Position numbers and translations under genes: made by a program
Part shown: one piece after another, positions 52,501 to 61,469 of the stretch
How positions within the stretch are numbered: the first letter of the stretch is position 1
How the letters are laid out: each line of letters begins with the position of its first letter
Notes under the pieces: model-generated
Databases searched by the model: none
The model's input: the letters and a program-made list of their open reading frames with translations, nothing else
What the model was told of the DNA's origin: nothing
Assembly: GCA_041946735.1 (NCBI GenBank)
Contig: JBHGAY010000006.1
Location: forward strand, 103,084-167,083
Origin: Candidatus Eiseniibacteriota bacterium
GTDB taxonomy: Bacteria; Eisenbacteria; RBG-16-71-46; CAIMUX01; VGJL01
Direction: 5' to 3'
DNA: 64,000 nt

Positions 52501-52942
52501 AGAGGATCTTCGATCCGTCCGGCGTCCAGCCGACGACTTCGTCGGGACCCGGATGCCAGGTGAGACGGCGTGGCTCGCCGCCGGAGGCCGGAATCACGTA
52601 GACGTCTACGTCTCCGTCGTACTGGCCCGAGAAGGCGATCGACTTGCCATCGGGGGAGAACTGCGGAAAGAACTCCGCGCCTGGATGGGTCGTCAGGCGG
52701 CGCGCCTCGCCCCCGGCATCCGAGACGAGCCAGAGATCCGACTCAGCGGCGAAGACGATCGAACCGCCGTGGATGTCCGGGTAGAGGTAGTAGGCCGGCG
52801 CGGCGAACGCCGGCGCGGGCGCAGACGCGATCGCGAGTGCGAGTGCGAGGAGCGCGAACATGCTTGCGCCACCGAGGATCAGCGAAGCTGATGCACGGGG
52901 GACGGCGACGACCGGCCAGAGCGAACGGAGCGACGGACGCAT
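49529..52942 (-). CDS. Tricorn-like S41 protease, copy 2
   Basis: Signal peptide AFA; WKRYRGG, ELNTSHTY, GYVHIPDM, FAGSDGD, ENHGVDPDI. Confidence 0.93.
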   Translation of the reverse strand: MRPSLRSLWPVVAVPRASASLILGGASMFALLALALAIASAPAPAFAAPAYYLYPDIHGGSIVFAAESDLWLVSDAGGEARRLTTHPGAEFFPQFSPDGKSIAFSGQYDGDVDVYVIPASGGEPRRLTWHPGPDEVVGWTPDGSKILFRSARWEPNHNEDIFAVPVEGGDAELLPIGYAGRIDIDPQTGLYAFVRNSTEFATWKRYRGGTAPDIWVGDPSKADFRKVTDFEGTDSYPMWNGGLLYFLSDRGGTMNLWSMKPDGAGARRLTDFQEWDARQASIGPDGRIVFTLAADAWIYDPASGEARKVDIDLPSDRVLTRVRYPDAAPYVTCFDISPDGGRLALTARGEIFSVPVEDGVTLPITRGSGARENWASFDPKGERIVYVTDEPREEEIRVIDAWGRGKPVVVKPAGESGGWNAAPLFSPDGRWIAYSDMTQTLFVVAADGGSPPHRVDQAEADEIHDYAWSPDGRWLAYGKRAFTGYSTLCIYDMKSGEVHPMSDGTTDDHGPCWDPEGRYLYFVSERATNPILGNQDWDNVEAKRGLLYLALLRKDVENPFAAREGMPPHGDGASRNDDGKAKNGRESGNESDGENGEKGEKAPPEPVAIDFDGLAERVVPLDIERGGYSQISATAKRVFYLSAPLRGFAEMEGLFEEPGPQSDLMVFDLDEMEAEPFVEGVADYRLAADAEKIALMKDKGDFYVVDANGEEPDLEEGKVSIADVVIDLDPREEWAQIFYEGWRNQRDFYWDAEMAGLDWRKIGEQYATLLPRLSSRADLSDLMGELIGELNTSHTYLWGGDPGVQPRSVSVGLLGADVHREGSAYKVTRIYRGAPADQVVSPLAAPGVNLAEGMYILQVNHQPFADTRAFESYFENLAGRPAALTVNEKPAAQGAREVVVVPVADEGDLRYSDWVRRNREYVSEKTGGRIGYVHIPDMWQHGLIEFNTWFYPQLDKEGMIVDARWNGGGAVSQQIVERLRRRLVSFNRGRWSGVATYPDRVLNGPFVVLTNQFAGSDGDIFPAVVQMEKLAPVIGVRTWGGVVGISGLRPLVDNGLETQPQSAWWDAHGWSIENHGVDPDIVVDDLPQEVARGVDAQLDRGIEEVMRALAATPAQEPDFGPARPRTREAFGKEIAGS

Positions 52943-53145
52943 CTCGGATTCCTCTCTTTTCCTGCAGGCAGGCGGCCGGGAACGGGTTCCGCGGCCACCG
53001 GCCGCGGAGCACGGAGAGAGTACGGGGCGCCCATCCTCTCGAACAAGGGCGGGGCTGCTATCCTCGGGAGCACCGGCCTGGGGGCCGGCGAGGTAGGCGG
53101 GGCGCGCGATTCGGCAGGCATTGCAGGCGGGCACAGGAGGTTCGA

Positions 53146-54123
53146 ATGTCCGAAGTTCTCAAGGATCCGGTCACCTGGCTCTATCCCGAGATCGAGCCGT
53201 ACCACACCGAGCGGCTGGCCGTCTCGCAGCTTCACGAGATCTACTACGAGGAGAGCGGCAATCCTGCGGGCAAGCCGGTCGTCTTCCTGCACGGCGGACC
53301 CGGAGGCGGCTCGGAGCCAAAGCAGCGAAGGTTCTTCGATCCGCGCCGCTACCGGATCGTCAACTTCGACCAGCGCGGTTGCGGCAAGAGCACGCCGCAC
53401 GCGGAGCTGGCGGAGAACACCACCTGGGACCTCGTCGACGATGTCGAGAAGCTGCGAGAGCATCTGGGCATCGAGAAGTGGCAGGTGTTCGGCGGAAGCT
53501 GGGGCTCGACGCTCGCCCTCGCCTATGCCGAGGCGCATCCGGATCGGGTGGCGGAGATCGTCCTGCGGGGGATCTTCCTGCTGCGTCGCAAGGAACTGGA
53601 ATGGTTCTACCAGGGCGGAGCCTCGGAGCTGTTCCCCGACGCCTGGGAGCCGTATTGGAATCACATCCCGGAAGCCGAGCGCGGCGACATGATGGCCGCC
53701 TATTACCGGCGCCTCACCTCGGAAGACCCCGACGTGCGCCTCTCGGCGGCCAAGGCGTGGAGCACGTGGGAGGCCGCGACGTCGAAGCTCCTGCCCGATC
53801 CCTCGCTCGTGAGTCACTTCTCGGGAGACGAGTTCGCGCTCGCGTTCGCGAGGATCGAGGCGCACTACTTCGTCCACGGCGGCTTCCTTGAACACGAGGA
53901 TCAGCTGCTCCGCGACGTCGGCCGGATCCGCCACATCCCCGCCGTGATCGTTCAGGGGCGCTACGACGTCGTTTGCCCGATGGAAAGCGCCTGGGCGCTC
54001 CATCGAGCATGGCCGGAAGCGGATCTGATCATCTCTCCGGACGCCGGACACAGCGCCTTCGAGCCGGCCAACAGCCGCGCTCTGGTCGCCGCGACCGACC
54101 GCTTCGGGATGGTTCAGGTCTAG
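53146..54123 (+). CDS. pip: Proline iminopeptidase (S33)
   Basis: AGGAGG RBS; HGGPGGG, DQRGCGKS, GGSWGS nucleophile elbow, GRYDVVCP, DAGHS. Confidence 0.95.
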   Translation: MSEVLKDPVTWLYPEIEPYHTERLAVSQLHEIYYEESGNPAGKPVVFLHGGPGGGSEPKQRRFFDPRRYRIVNFDQRGCGKSTPHAELAENTTWDLVDDVEKLREHLGIEKWQVFGGSWGSTLALAYAEAHPDRVAEIVLRGIFLLRRKELEWFYQGGASELFPDAWEPYWNHIPEAERGDMMAAYYRRLTSEDPDVRLSAAKAWSTWEAATSKLLPDPSLVSHFSGDEFALAFARIEAHYFVHGGFLEHEDQLLRDVGRIRHIPAVIVQGRYDVVCPMESAWALHRAWPEADLIISPDAGHSAFEPANSRALVAATDRFGMVQV

Positions 54124-54135
54124 CGCAAGGAAGGT

Positions 54136-54190
54136 TTGACACGCGCAGGCCTGCTTGCGTAGCTTCTCCGCACTAGACCAATCGGTCTAG
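54136..54190 (+). promoter_or_regulatory. sigma70-like promoter followed by palindromic operator CTAGACC-AATC-GGTCTAG
   Basis: TTGACA 54136-54141, 18-bp spacer, TAGCTT 54160-54165; perfect 7-bp-arm palindrome at 54173-54190. Confidence 0.65.
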
Positions 54191-54225
54191 ATCCCACAGC
54201 GCTCCGATTCGGAAAGGAGGCGATC

Positions 54226-54588
54226 GTGAGCGACGATGACGCCGTCCATCGTTCGGAGAGCACCGTGAAGAGTCTCTGGCAGGAATATCGCGTCTACGGA
54301 GACCGCGTGGAATTCGACACTCTGTTCGGCACGCTCTCGGTCCCCTTCGATGAAGTCGAACGAGTCGAGGTGTCCGAGTCGGAGGTGCGGGGACTGCTCC
54401 GCGGCGACCTGCACCTGAAGGGATTCCGGCCCGCCCTGAAGCTCGACTGGGCCAATTTCCTCGAGCACGTCGTCCTCGACAAGAACGAGGGCAGCGTACG
54501 CCGGCTGCTGTTCACTCCGCAGGACCCGGCGGCATTCAAGAAGGCGATGGACGCGGCGCTCGAGCGGTATCGTTCGCGCCGTCCCTGA
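54226..54588 (+). CDS. Hypothetical protein (possible bacterial PH-like fold)
   Basis: AAGGAGG RBS and GTG start; beta-rich with C-terminal TPQDPAAFKKAM helix, as in bPH domains. Confidence 0.65.
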   Translation: MSDDDAVHRSESTVKSLWQEYRVYGDRVEFDTLFGTLSVPFDEVERVEVSESEVRGLLRGDLHLKGFRPALKLDWANFLEHVVLDKNEGSVRRLLFTPQDPAAFKKAMDAALERYRSRRP

Positions 54589-54875
54589 GGTCAGGCGCGC
54601 CGCGAGACCGCCACGAACCGGCGGAACGGTCGTCGGGCTGAGGCCTCGCCGCCTCAGGTCTCACCGGTACGCCGGGATTCCGTTCGCGCCTCCCGGCGTC
54701 TGTACGTGGATCCCTTCTCCAAGAGGATCGTGAAAGCGCGTGCGCCGCCTCTCCCCGGAGTGCGCGCGAGCGCGGCTGTGCAAGAATGGGCACCGGGCCG
54801 CTACGTCTTCCATCTCTCGTGAACCACGCGAGTCTCGCGCTCGAGCGAGCGTGCGCCCGCCACCGGAGGAGTTCG

Positions 54876-57551
54876 ATGATCGAGATCCGCTGTCCCGCCG
54901 GCCGCACCGATCCCATGAACCAGGACGCAGCGCAGCTGTCGCGAGCGGCGGCGCTGGCGCGCTTCATCGTCCCCGCTCTGCTTTCCTTCGTCCTCGCCTC
55001 CGCCGCCTTCACGATTCGCGCTTCCGCAGAAACGGAGACGATCCGCCCCGCGTCGCAGCAAGAGGGCGGCGGCGCCCCGACGCGGAAGAGCATCGACAGG
55101 CTCGCCGAAGACCAGAAAGACGAGGAGGAGCAGGAGGGCCGGGAAGGCCAGGAAGGCCTGAAGGACCAGGAAGAGCAGGAAGAAGCGAACCACCAGCGCG
55201 AGTACTTCCAGCGCTGGTATGGACAGATGAGTCCGGAGAACTTCGAGCGGATGTGGGGCGAAGTCCTGGCGATGCCGTCGGAGCCGCCGGTCCAGGGCGC
55301 GCCGACCTCGGTCAACTCCTGGCAGCTCCTCGGACCGCTTTACAGCGTCAATCCCGGCGGCGGGCAGATGACCGGCCGCGTCCGGGACATCGACGCCGCG
55401 AACTACCGCGTTCTCGCCGCGAGTGGAGGCCTCTGGCGCTTCTACTTCGGGCCTGTGCCGATGACGGAGCACGTTCCGGCGAGCTGGTTCGGCAGCTTCG
55501 CGTCGAACCCGGCCGACGCGAACGTGATCCTCCTCGCCACCGGCGAGTACGGTGTCGGCTACGGCACCGGCTTGTACAAGACGACCGACGGCGGATCCGT
55601 CTGGAGCAAGGAATCGATCGGCTCCTCTCCGGACTGGTTCTCCCGCGTCCGCTGGAACGCCACGGGAACCGTCGCCTACGCCGCCTCGGACTACGGCGTC
55701 TACGTGTCGACGAACGGAGGCGGCAGTTGGCAACGCACGCTGAACGGCGACGCGACCGACGTGGCGCCCGTCCCCGACGCGTTCTATCCCAACCTGGCGT
55801 ACGTGACGATCAACGACCAGGGGCTCTGGAGGACGACCGACGCCGGGACGACGTGGACGCAGATGACCACCGGAGGGATTCCGTCCTCGGCGACCGGCCA
55901 CGGCGCCGTCTCGGTGATGTATCCGGGACAGAATCAAGGCGTGACGATCTACGCCTCCTTCGCCACCGCCGGCGTCTGGCGCACCTTTGACGGTGGCCTC
56001 AACTGGACGAACATCACGCCGAACCCCGACGTGAATCGGTTCTGGTACTGCAACGTGATCGCGGTCAGCCCGTACGACCAGTACACGGTGTTCCTTGGAG
56101 GCGTCGGCGCGCGCTACTCGCACAACGGCGGCAACACGTGGAACCCAATGGTCACTCCGCACCTGCACGCCGACTATCACGCCTTCGCGTTCGATCCGGG
56201 TGGCGCGGGCGTCTGGGCGGGCAACGACGGGGGATGGTCCCACTCGACCGATGGCGGCGCGACGTGGGACACCTCGTTCAACGTGATGCCGATCACCCAG
56301 TTCTACGACGTCGCGTGCGAGCGGGGCGAAATCGGGATGATGATCGGCACGTCGCAGGATAACAACGTCGAGTACACCCCGAACGAATCGCTGATCTGGA
56401 ACCTCCCCGCCATCGGCTCGACCGAGGGCGACGGGACTGGCGGGGCGGTCGACCAGTTCGTGCCCGAGCGGATGTGGGCCGTGCAGGGAGTGTACGGCGG
56501 CAACTACAGCTACCAGCGGCAGCGCACGACGGATGGCGGTCTGTCATGGCAGGAGATCGACAACGGAATCGATCCGAACACGCACGGGGGGCGGATCCGC
56601 CAGGACGGCGTGTACAACCCGACCCTCTACGCGAGCGCCGGCCCTTGGGTCTACGAGTCGACGAACCTCGGGTCGAATTGGAGCAAGGCGAATGTCTACG
56701 AGTTCCCGGGAACGGTGGCGGAGCTGACCGCCTCGGCTCGCGCCACTCCGGGCTCGGTCCTCTACGCATGCATCGCGAGCAACACGACGGGGGAGCGACT
56801 CTACGTTCGCGACAGCGGCGTCTGGCTCCAGCGCGACTTCGGCCTTCCGGCAGGAGTCTCGGTTCACACGGTCGCGACGCATCCCTTCACCGGGAACTAC
56901 ACGGACGAAGGATGGGCGCTCATGAACGGAACGGGCACGCCCGGCCAGAAGGTCTTCCACACGACCAGCCGAGGGGTGGGCTGGACCAACATCACGGGAA
57001 ACTTGCCTGACATACCGATGGGCGATCTCGTCGCCGATCCATGGAACTCGGACCGGCTCTTCCTCGGCACGGCTCTCGGCTGCTTCAAGTCCACGGACGG
57101 CGGTGCCACGTGGGTCCGGTGGAACAACGGGCTGAGCGACGCGGTCATCGTCACGGTGATGACCTCGATCGACACTCGCGGCTCGGGCGGACCGCTCTAC
57201 ATCGTCGCGGGGACGTACGGCCGGCCGGTCTGGATGCGCGACGCGACCGGGGACGATCCGGCCGCCGTCCCTCAGAAGGATCTCGCGGGTGGGCCGCGGC
57301 TGTTCGACGTGTCGCCGAACCCGCTCTCCGCGCAGGCGAGCCTGAGTTTCGTGCTGCGCAAGGACGGCCGGGTGCGGGTGAACGTCTACGACACCGGCGG
57401 CAGGCTCGTCGACACGCCGGTCGACCAGGATCTGGCGGCCGGGGCGCATCTGCTGAAGGTCGACGAGGGGCGCCTTCCCGCGGGCACGTACTTCTTCCTG
57501 ATCGAGGGAGATGGCGGGGTATCGGCACGGACGGTGACCGTGGTTCGATAG
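54876..57551 (+). CDS. Secreted BNR/VPS10-like repeat protein with C-terminal secretion-tail domain
   Basis: GGAGGA RBS; signal peptide; W..lGP, GRVRDI, ASGGLW, HADYH, GNDGG, many TDGG.tW repeats; PNPLS..YDTGGRLV..LPAGTYF. The start could instead be 54915. Confidence 0.85.
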   Translation: MIEIRCPAGRTDPMNQDAAQLSRAAALARFIVPALLSFVLASAAFTIRASAETETIRPASQQEGGGAPTRKSIDRLAEDQKDEEEQEGREGQEGLKDQEEQEEANHQREYFQRWYGQMSPENFERMWGEVLAMPSEPPVQGAPTSVNSWQLLGPLYSVNPGGGQMTGRVRDIDAANYRVLAASGGLWRFYFGPVPMTEHVPASWFGSFASNPADANVILLATGEYGVGYGTGLYKTTDGGSVWSKESIGSSPDWFSRVRWNATGTVAYAASDYGVYVSTNGGGSWQRTLNGDATDVAPVPDAFYPNLAYVTINDQGLWRTTDAGTTWTQMTTGGIPSSATGHGAVSVMYPGQNQGVTIYASFATAGVWRTFDGGLNWTNITPNPDVNRFWYCNVIAVSPYDQYTVFLGGVGARYSHNGGNTWNPMVTPHLHADYHAFAFDPGGAGVWAGNDGGWSHSTDGGATWDTSFNVMPITQFYDVACERGEIGMMIGTSQDNNVEYTPNESLIWNLPAIGSTEGDGTGGAVDQFVPERMWAVQGVYGGNYSYQRQRTTDGGLSWQEIDNGIDPNTHGGRIRQDGVYNPTLYASAGPWVYESTNLGSNWSKANVYEFPGTVAELTASARATPGSVLYACIASNTTGERLYVRDSGVWLQRDFGLPAGVSVHTVATHPFTGNYTDEGWALMNGTGTPGQKVFHTTSRGVGWTNITGNLPDIPMGDLVADPWNSDRLFLGTALGCFKSTDGGATWVRWNNGLSDAVIVTVMTSIDTRGSGGPLYIVAGTYGRPVWMRDATGDDPAAVPQKDLAGGPRLFDVSPNPLSAQASLSFVLRKDGRVRVNVYDTGGRLVDTPVDQDLAAGAHLLKVDEGRLPAGTYFFLIEGDGGVSARTVTVVR

Positions 57552-57566
57552 TCCGCGCCTGCAACG

Positions 57567-57598
57567 AGGCCGGGGAGGATCGCTCCTCCCCGGCCTTT
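57567..57598. terminator. Intrinsic terminator-like hairpin between convergent genes
   Basis: Perfect 13-bp stem AGGCCGGGGAGGA-TCGC-TCCTCCCCGGCCT followed by TT. Confidence 0.65.
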
Positions 57599-57632
57599 CG
57601 CCGCCCGATCGATCCGAGCCATCGGAATGGAA

Positions 57633-59315
57633 TCAGCGAGTCATGGTCACTCGACTCGTGCGCAGGCCGGTCGGCGACGCCAACTTCAGATAGTAGGTGC
57701 CTGCCGGGAGCTTGCGGCCGAAGTCGTCGCGCCCGTCCCACACGGTCTGATGCATCCCGGACGGATACGAGACATTGGTGATCGTCCGGACCTCGCGACC
57801 GGAGACGTCGAACGCTCCGATCCGCACAGGCCCTGACTGCGGCAGGGAGAAGGACACCATCGCCTCCCCCGAGGTCAGCGACGGATTCGCTCGCAGCCAA
57901 AGGGTGGCTGCCGGGCCCCGCGCCTGCACCGCGACCGGCCCGAAACGCTCTCCGGCTCCGGACGGCTGCACGATCTCGATCTCGTACGAGTAGCCGGTCC
58001 CCGCCTCGACGTCGTGGTCCAAGTACCGGTACACGCCCCCGTCGGGCTCGACCGGCACCGGGTTGATCCGCTGCGCGGGCGCTCCGTCATGCGAGCGGTA
58101 GACGTCGAACGCGAGCGGTCCGATGTCGGAGTACATGCTCCATGTGAGGAGCACTCCGTCCTCCTCGCTGCTGGCCTCGAACGAGGCGAGCATGACAGGC
58201 GTCGGTTCCTCGATGCTCTCGATCTTGGCGAAGAGTCCGTGATCCTCGACCTCGCCGCCTCCCGAGATCCCGGCCGTCACATACAGCGTGTTCGTCGCCC
58301 CACCGTTACCGCCGTTACCGAAGATCAGGCCCCAGAGTCCCTCCGTGACGAGATCCGCTCCGAGAGAATCGGCCAGCGTGCCCTGGAAGGCGCCGGTTCC
58401 TGGGTCGAAGGCGTTGATCCGCCCGTCGCCGAAGTTGCCAACGAGCAGGTCGTTGCTGAACTGGCCGAAGTCGGCGGGGGCGCGCGCGAGCCCCCAAGGG
58501 GAGTTGAGCTGCCCTTGAGTGATCAGCCGCTGCATCAAGCCGCCATCGAGATCGAAGACGTCGACGAGGCCGTTCCCCGGACCCGGGACATCGTCATGAC
58601 CATCCGCATCCGCCACCGCGAACGTCACGATCAGCACGCCACCGATCGCATGGATGTTGAACGGCGCGAAGCCCGCCGGCAAGTTCGGGTCGGCGAAGGT
58701 CCCCGGGAGGAGGACGGGATCGAAGTTCGTGTCGAAGGCGTCGATCCGCCCATTGTGGAAGTCCGCGGCATAGAGCGTCGGGTTGCCGGCGCGGGAAGCG
58801 AGAGCGAGACCTTTGTACACGGCGTCGGCGGCCGAGTTGTCCACCATGAGAATCGCGCGAGTCGGGTCGACCCCAGGGCTCCATCCCGAGATCGTGCCGT
58901 CCTCGGTCGCGAAGAGAAACCTCGCCGGATTGCCTGCACCCAGCTCGAAGCCTCCGGTGTCGTTGAAGACGATACCGGTCGGCGTGGACGGGCCGACCTC
59001 CCCAGCCGCCGGAGGGACGGTGACGACGAGCGCCTGGATCTGGCCGGCTCCGTCGTAGACCGTCGAGAGCCCCGTTCCGTTGTCCGACACCCAGAACGGC
59101 CCGGTCGCGCTGTACGCGACTCCCCACGGATTCACGAGGTTCGAGTCGGTGACCGCGGCCTCTCCCGGGATGTCCGAGACGAGCTTGGCCATCCGGTAGG
59201 CGGACGCGATTGCCGGGGATGTCGTGAGCGTTCCGGCGACGACGAACGCCGGCAAGAGCGACGCCCATAGGATCGTCCGGCGTCCGAGCTTCTGATTCAC
59301 GGGATTCCTATCCAT
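57633..59315 (-). CDS. TIGR03118-family secreted protein with Ig-like linker and FlgD-Ig C-terminal domain
   Basis: LVSD, DSNLVNPWG, WVSDNGTG, PTGIVFN, FATEDGTISGW, AVYKGLA, FAPFNI, LNSPWG, GNFGDGRINAF; then PVMLASF.. and WDGRDDFGRKLPAGTYYLKL. Confidence 0.88.
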   Translation of the reverse strand: MDRNPVNQKLGRRTILWASLLPAFVVAGTLTTSPAIASAYRMAKLVSDIPGEAAVTDSNLVNPWGVAYSATGPFWVSDNGTGLSTVYDGAGQIQALVVTVPPAAGEVGPSTPTGIVFNDTGGFELGAGNPARFLFATEDGTISGWSPGVDPTRAILMVDNSAADAVYKGLALASRAGNPTLYAADFHNGRIDAFDTNFDPVLLPGTFADPNLPAGFAPFNIHAIGGVLIVTFAVADADGHDDVPGPGNGLVDVFDLDGGLMQRLITQGQLNSPWGLARAPADFGQFSNDLLVGNFGDGRINAFDPGTGAFQGTLADSLGADLVTEGLWGLIFGNGGNGGATNTLYVTAGISGGGEVEDHGLFAKIESIEEPTPVMLASFEASSEEDGVLLTWSMYSDIGPLAFDVYRSHDGAPAQRINPVPVEPDGGVYRYLDHDVEAGTGYSYEIEIVQPSGAGERFGPVAVQARGPAATLWLRANPSLTSGEAMVSFSLPQSGPVRIGAFDVSGREVRTITNVSYPSGMHQTVWDGRDDFGRKLPAGTYYLKLASPTGLRTSRVTMTR

Positions 59316-59653
59316 ACTCCCTCCGTTGAAAGGGCAGCGATGCTCACTGTCGTGTGACTCTCCGATTCCGAGGAGGGAAACGCGTCGGCGTTCGTATCGT
59401 GGGCGACGCGGACGCCCTGGCTCTCGCCTTACACACTTCTGCGGGGAAGCGCTCCCTTCGCGGGCTTGGGTGAACGGCGGATCCTACGCCGTGCCTCGCG
59501 AGCTCCCAACGGTCCAGATGGCGGCAGGCGTATCGGGTCCCGTATGGCGAACATCGCTACGTCGTATGGCGAAGCGCTCGAAGTTCCTGCTATTCTCTCC
59601 CGGTCCCAAGGATAGGGCTACGTCCCCCCGAGGAGTCGGGAGGAGACACGCAA

Positions 59654-61402
59654 GTGATCTCGGACCGCATGAACAGTGACGGATCAGGGCGAAGGCGGCT
59701 GCCAATCCGGGGGGGGGGACGAATTCGTCTCCCGCTGGTCCTGCTGCTGCTCGGGATCCTCTGGATCGCGACACGCCCCGCCTATCACATCGAGGCGCAA
59801 CAGCACGATCCGTACTACCGCACTCTGCCGCTTGGAATCGATGGCCGCGCCTACCATGAGTGGGGTCTGCTGATTTCTCACGGCGATTGGCTGGCCCGAT
59901 CGAACGGGAACGGAACCGAGTACGACGATTGGATCTCGAAGCCGGACGGCGTCCTGACGAGGGCTCCTCTCTACGCATACTTTCTCGCTTTTCTCTACCG
60001 CGTCTTCGGCGCCGGCTTCGGCGTGGTGTATCTCGCGCAGCAGCTCCTCGGATTGTCCACGGCGGTGCTGCTCTTCCTCATAGGACGGCGGTTGTTCTCG
60101 CCCGTCGTGGGCCTGGTCGCAGGTTCGCTCTGGCTCCTCTTCGGAACCGGGATGCTCTACGAGATGCGCGTGGGCGTCGAAAGCCTCCTGGCGCTGCTCA
60201 CGGCGGCATCCGTGTACTTCGTCATCCGCTCGCAGCAAGAGGATCGACCGGCCGACTGGATTCTCGCCGGGGTGATCATCGGCCTCACCGCTCTTACCCG
60301 GCCGAACTGGTTCCCCTACGCCATTCTCCTCCTTCCTTTGGAGATCCTCCGTCGTGGAAGGCGCCGGTGGCGGACGGGTGCGACGAACTGGTGCCTCCTG
60401 ATGACAGGGGCCCTTCTCGTGATCCTGCCCTTCACCCTTCGCAATCTGCTCCTTGGCCACCGGCTCGTCCTGATTTCCGCGAACGGTGGATTGAACTTCT
60501 TCTTCGGCAACAACAACCAGACCAAGGGCGACTTCGGCCTGACTCGCCAGTACTACGATCTCGTGGCGCAGTACCCGCCGGGGGAGGTGCCGTGGATGCG
60601 GATCGCACTACGGGAGATCACTGCCGAGCCTCTGACATGGATCGCCTACACGGTCCGCAAAGCGGTCCTCTTCTGGAAACCGACCGAGATCCCGAACAAT
60701 ATCAGCGAGGAGTACGCGCGCCACTATTCTCCGTTCCTGCGTCTGCCGTGGATCTCCTACGGCGCGCTGTCGCTCCTTGCGATGCTCGGCGCCGTGACGG
60801 GCTGGAGGCGATGGCGGGAGCGCGGTGGCCTCTATCTCGCGGTCGCCGTGCTCTGGATCACGATCACGATGCTCTACGTCGTCAACCGCTTCCGCCTTCC
60901 CGTTGCGCCGCTTCTAGCGGTTCTCGCGGCGGCCGGGATCGCCTGGCTGGTCGACGGCGTCTACCGCCGACGCTTCCGAACAGTCGCGGCCGCCGTTGCC
61001 GGACTCGCGACCGTCGCCTGCATGATGCTTCCCGTTCGGGCCTACGACAGGAGGACGACCGACGGCGTCTGGGCGCGAAACTACGCAGCCGTTCTCGCCG
61101 ACGAGGGACGCTACGAGGAGGCGGTGCGCGAAGGAGAGAGGGCGCGCGATCTAGGTATGGCCAAGGCAGCGGACCTCGCCATCCTTGCGCAGTCGTATTA
61201 CAACATCGGTGATAGAGGCAGAGCTGCAGACGCGATCTGTACCGCCATTCAGGCGAACGCTGACGACCCGGGCGTCCAGTCTACTGCGGGCGCCTTTTAC
61301 ACCCGGTCCATCGAGGACCGTGAACTCGCCGACGCCCTGAAGAGCGCGGCTCTGCGTCTCAGTCCGACGAGACCGCCGGCGGCGGCAGGCGCGCAGCGCT
61401 GA
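59654..61402 (+). CDS. GT-C (ArnT/PMT, GT39-like) integral membrane glycosyltransferase with C-terminal TPR
   Basis: DGRAY, APLYAYFLA, ALTRPN, PFTLRN, NGGLNFFFGNN, RFRLPV; many TMs; helical TPR-like tail. The start may be ATG 59669. Confidence 0.82.
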   Translation: MISDRMNSDGSGRRRLPIRGGGRIRLPLVLLLLGILWIATRPAYHIEAQQHDPYYRTLPLGIDGRAYHEWGLLISHGDWLARSNGNGTEYDDWISKPDGVLTRAPLYAYFLAFLYRVFGAGFGVVYLAQQLLGLSTAVLLFLIGRRLFSPVVGLVAGSLWLLFGTGMLYEMRVGVESLLALLTAASVYFVIRSQQEDRPADWILAGVIIGLTALTRPNWFPYAILLLPLEILRRGRRRWRTGATNWCLLMTGALLVILPFTLRNLLLGHRLVLISANGGLNFFFGNNNQTKGDFGLTRQYYDLVAQYPPGEVPWMRIALREITAEPLTWIAYTVRKAVLFWKPTEIPNNISEEYARHYSPFLRLPWISYGALSLLAMLGAVTGWRRWRERGGLYLAVAVLWITITMLYVVNRFRLPVAPLLAVLAAAGIAWLVDGVYRRRFRTVAAAVAGLATVACMMLPVRAYDRRTTDGVWARNYAAVLADEGRYEEAVREGERARDLGMAKAADLAILAQSYYNIGDRGRAADAICTAIQANADDPGVQSTAGAFYTRSIEDRELADALKSAALRLSPTRPPAAAGAQR

Positions 61403-61406
61403 TGGG

Positions 61407-61441
61407 GAGGCGGCCGTCCTCCAAGGGGGAACGGCCGCCTC
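61407..61441. terminator. Hairpin between convergent genes
   Basis: 11-bp inverted repeat GAGGCGGCCGT..ACGGCCGCCTC. Confidence 0.55.
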
Positions 61442-61469
61442 GTCAACGATCGAGGGATCGATCGAAGCG

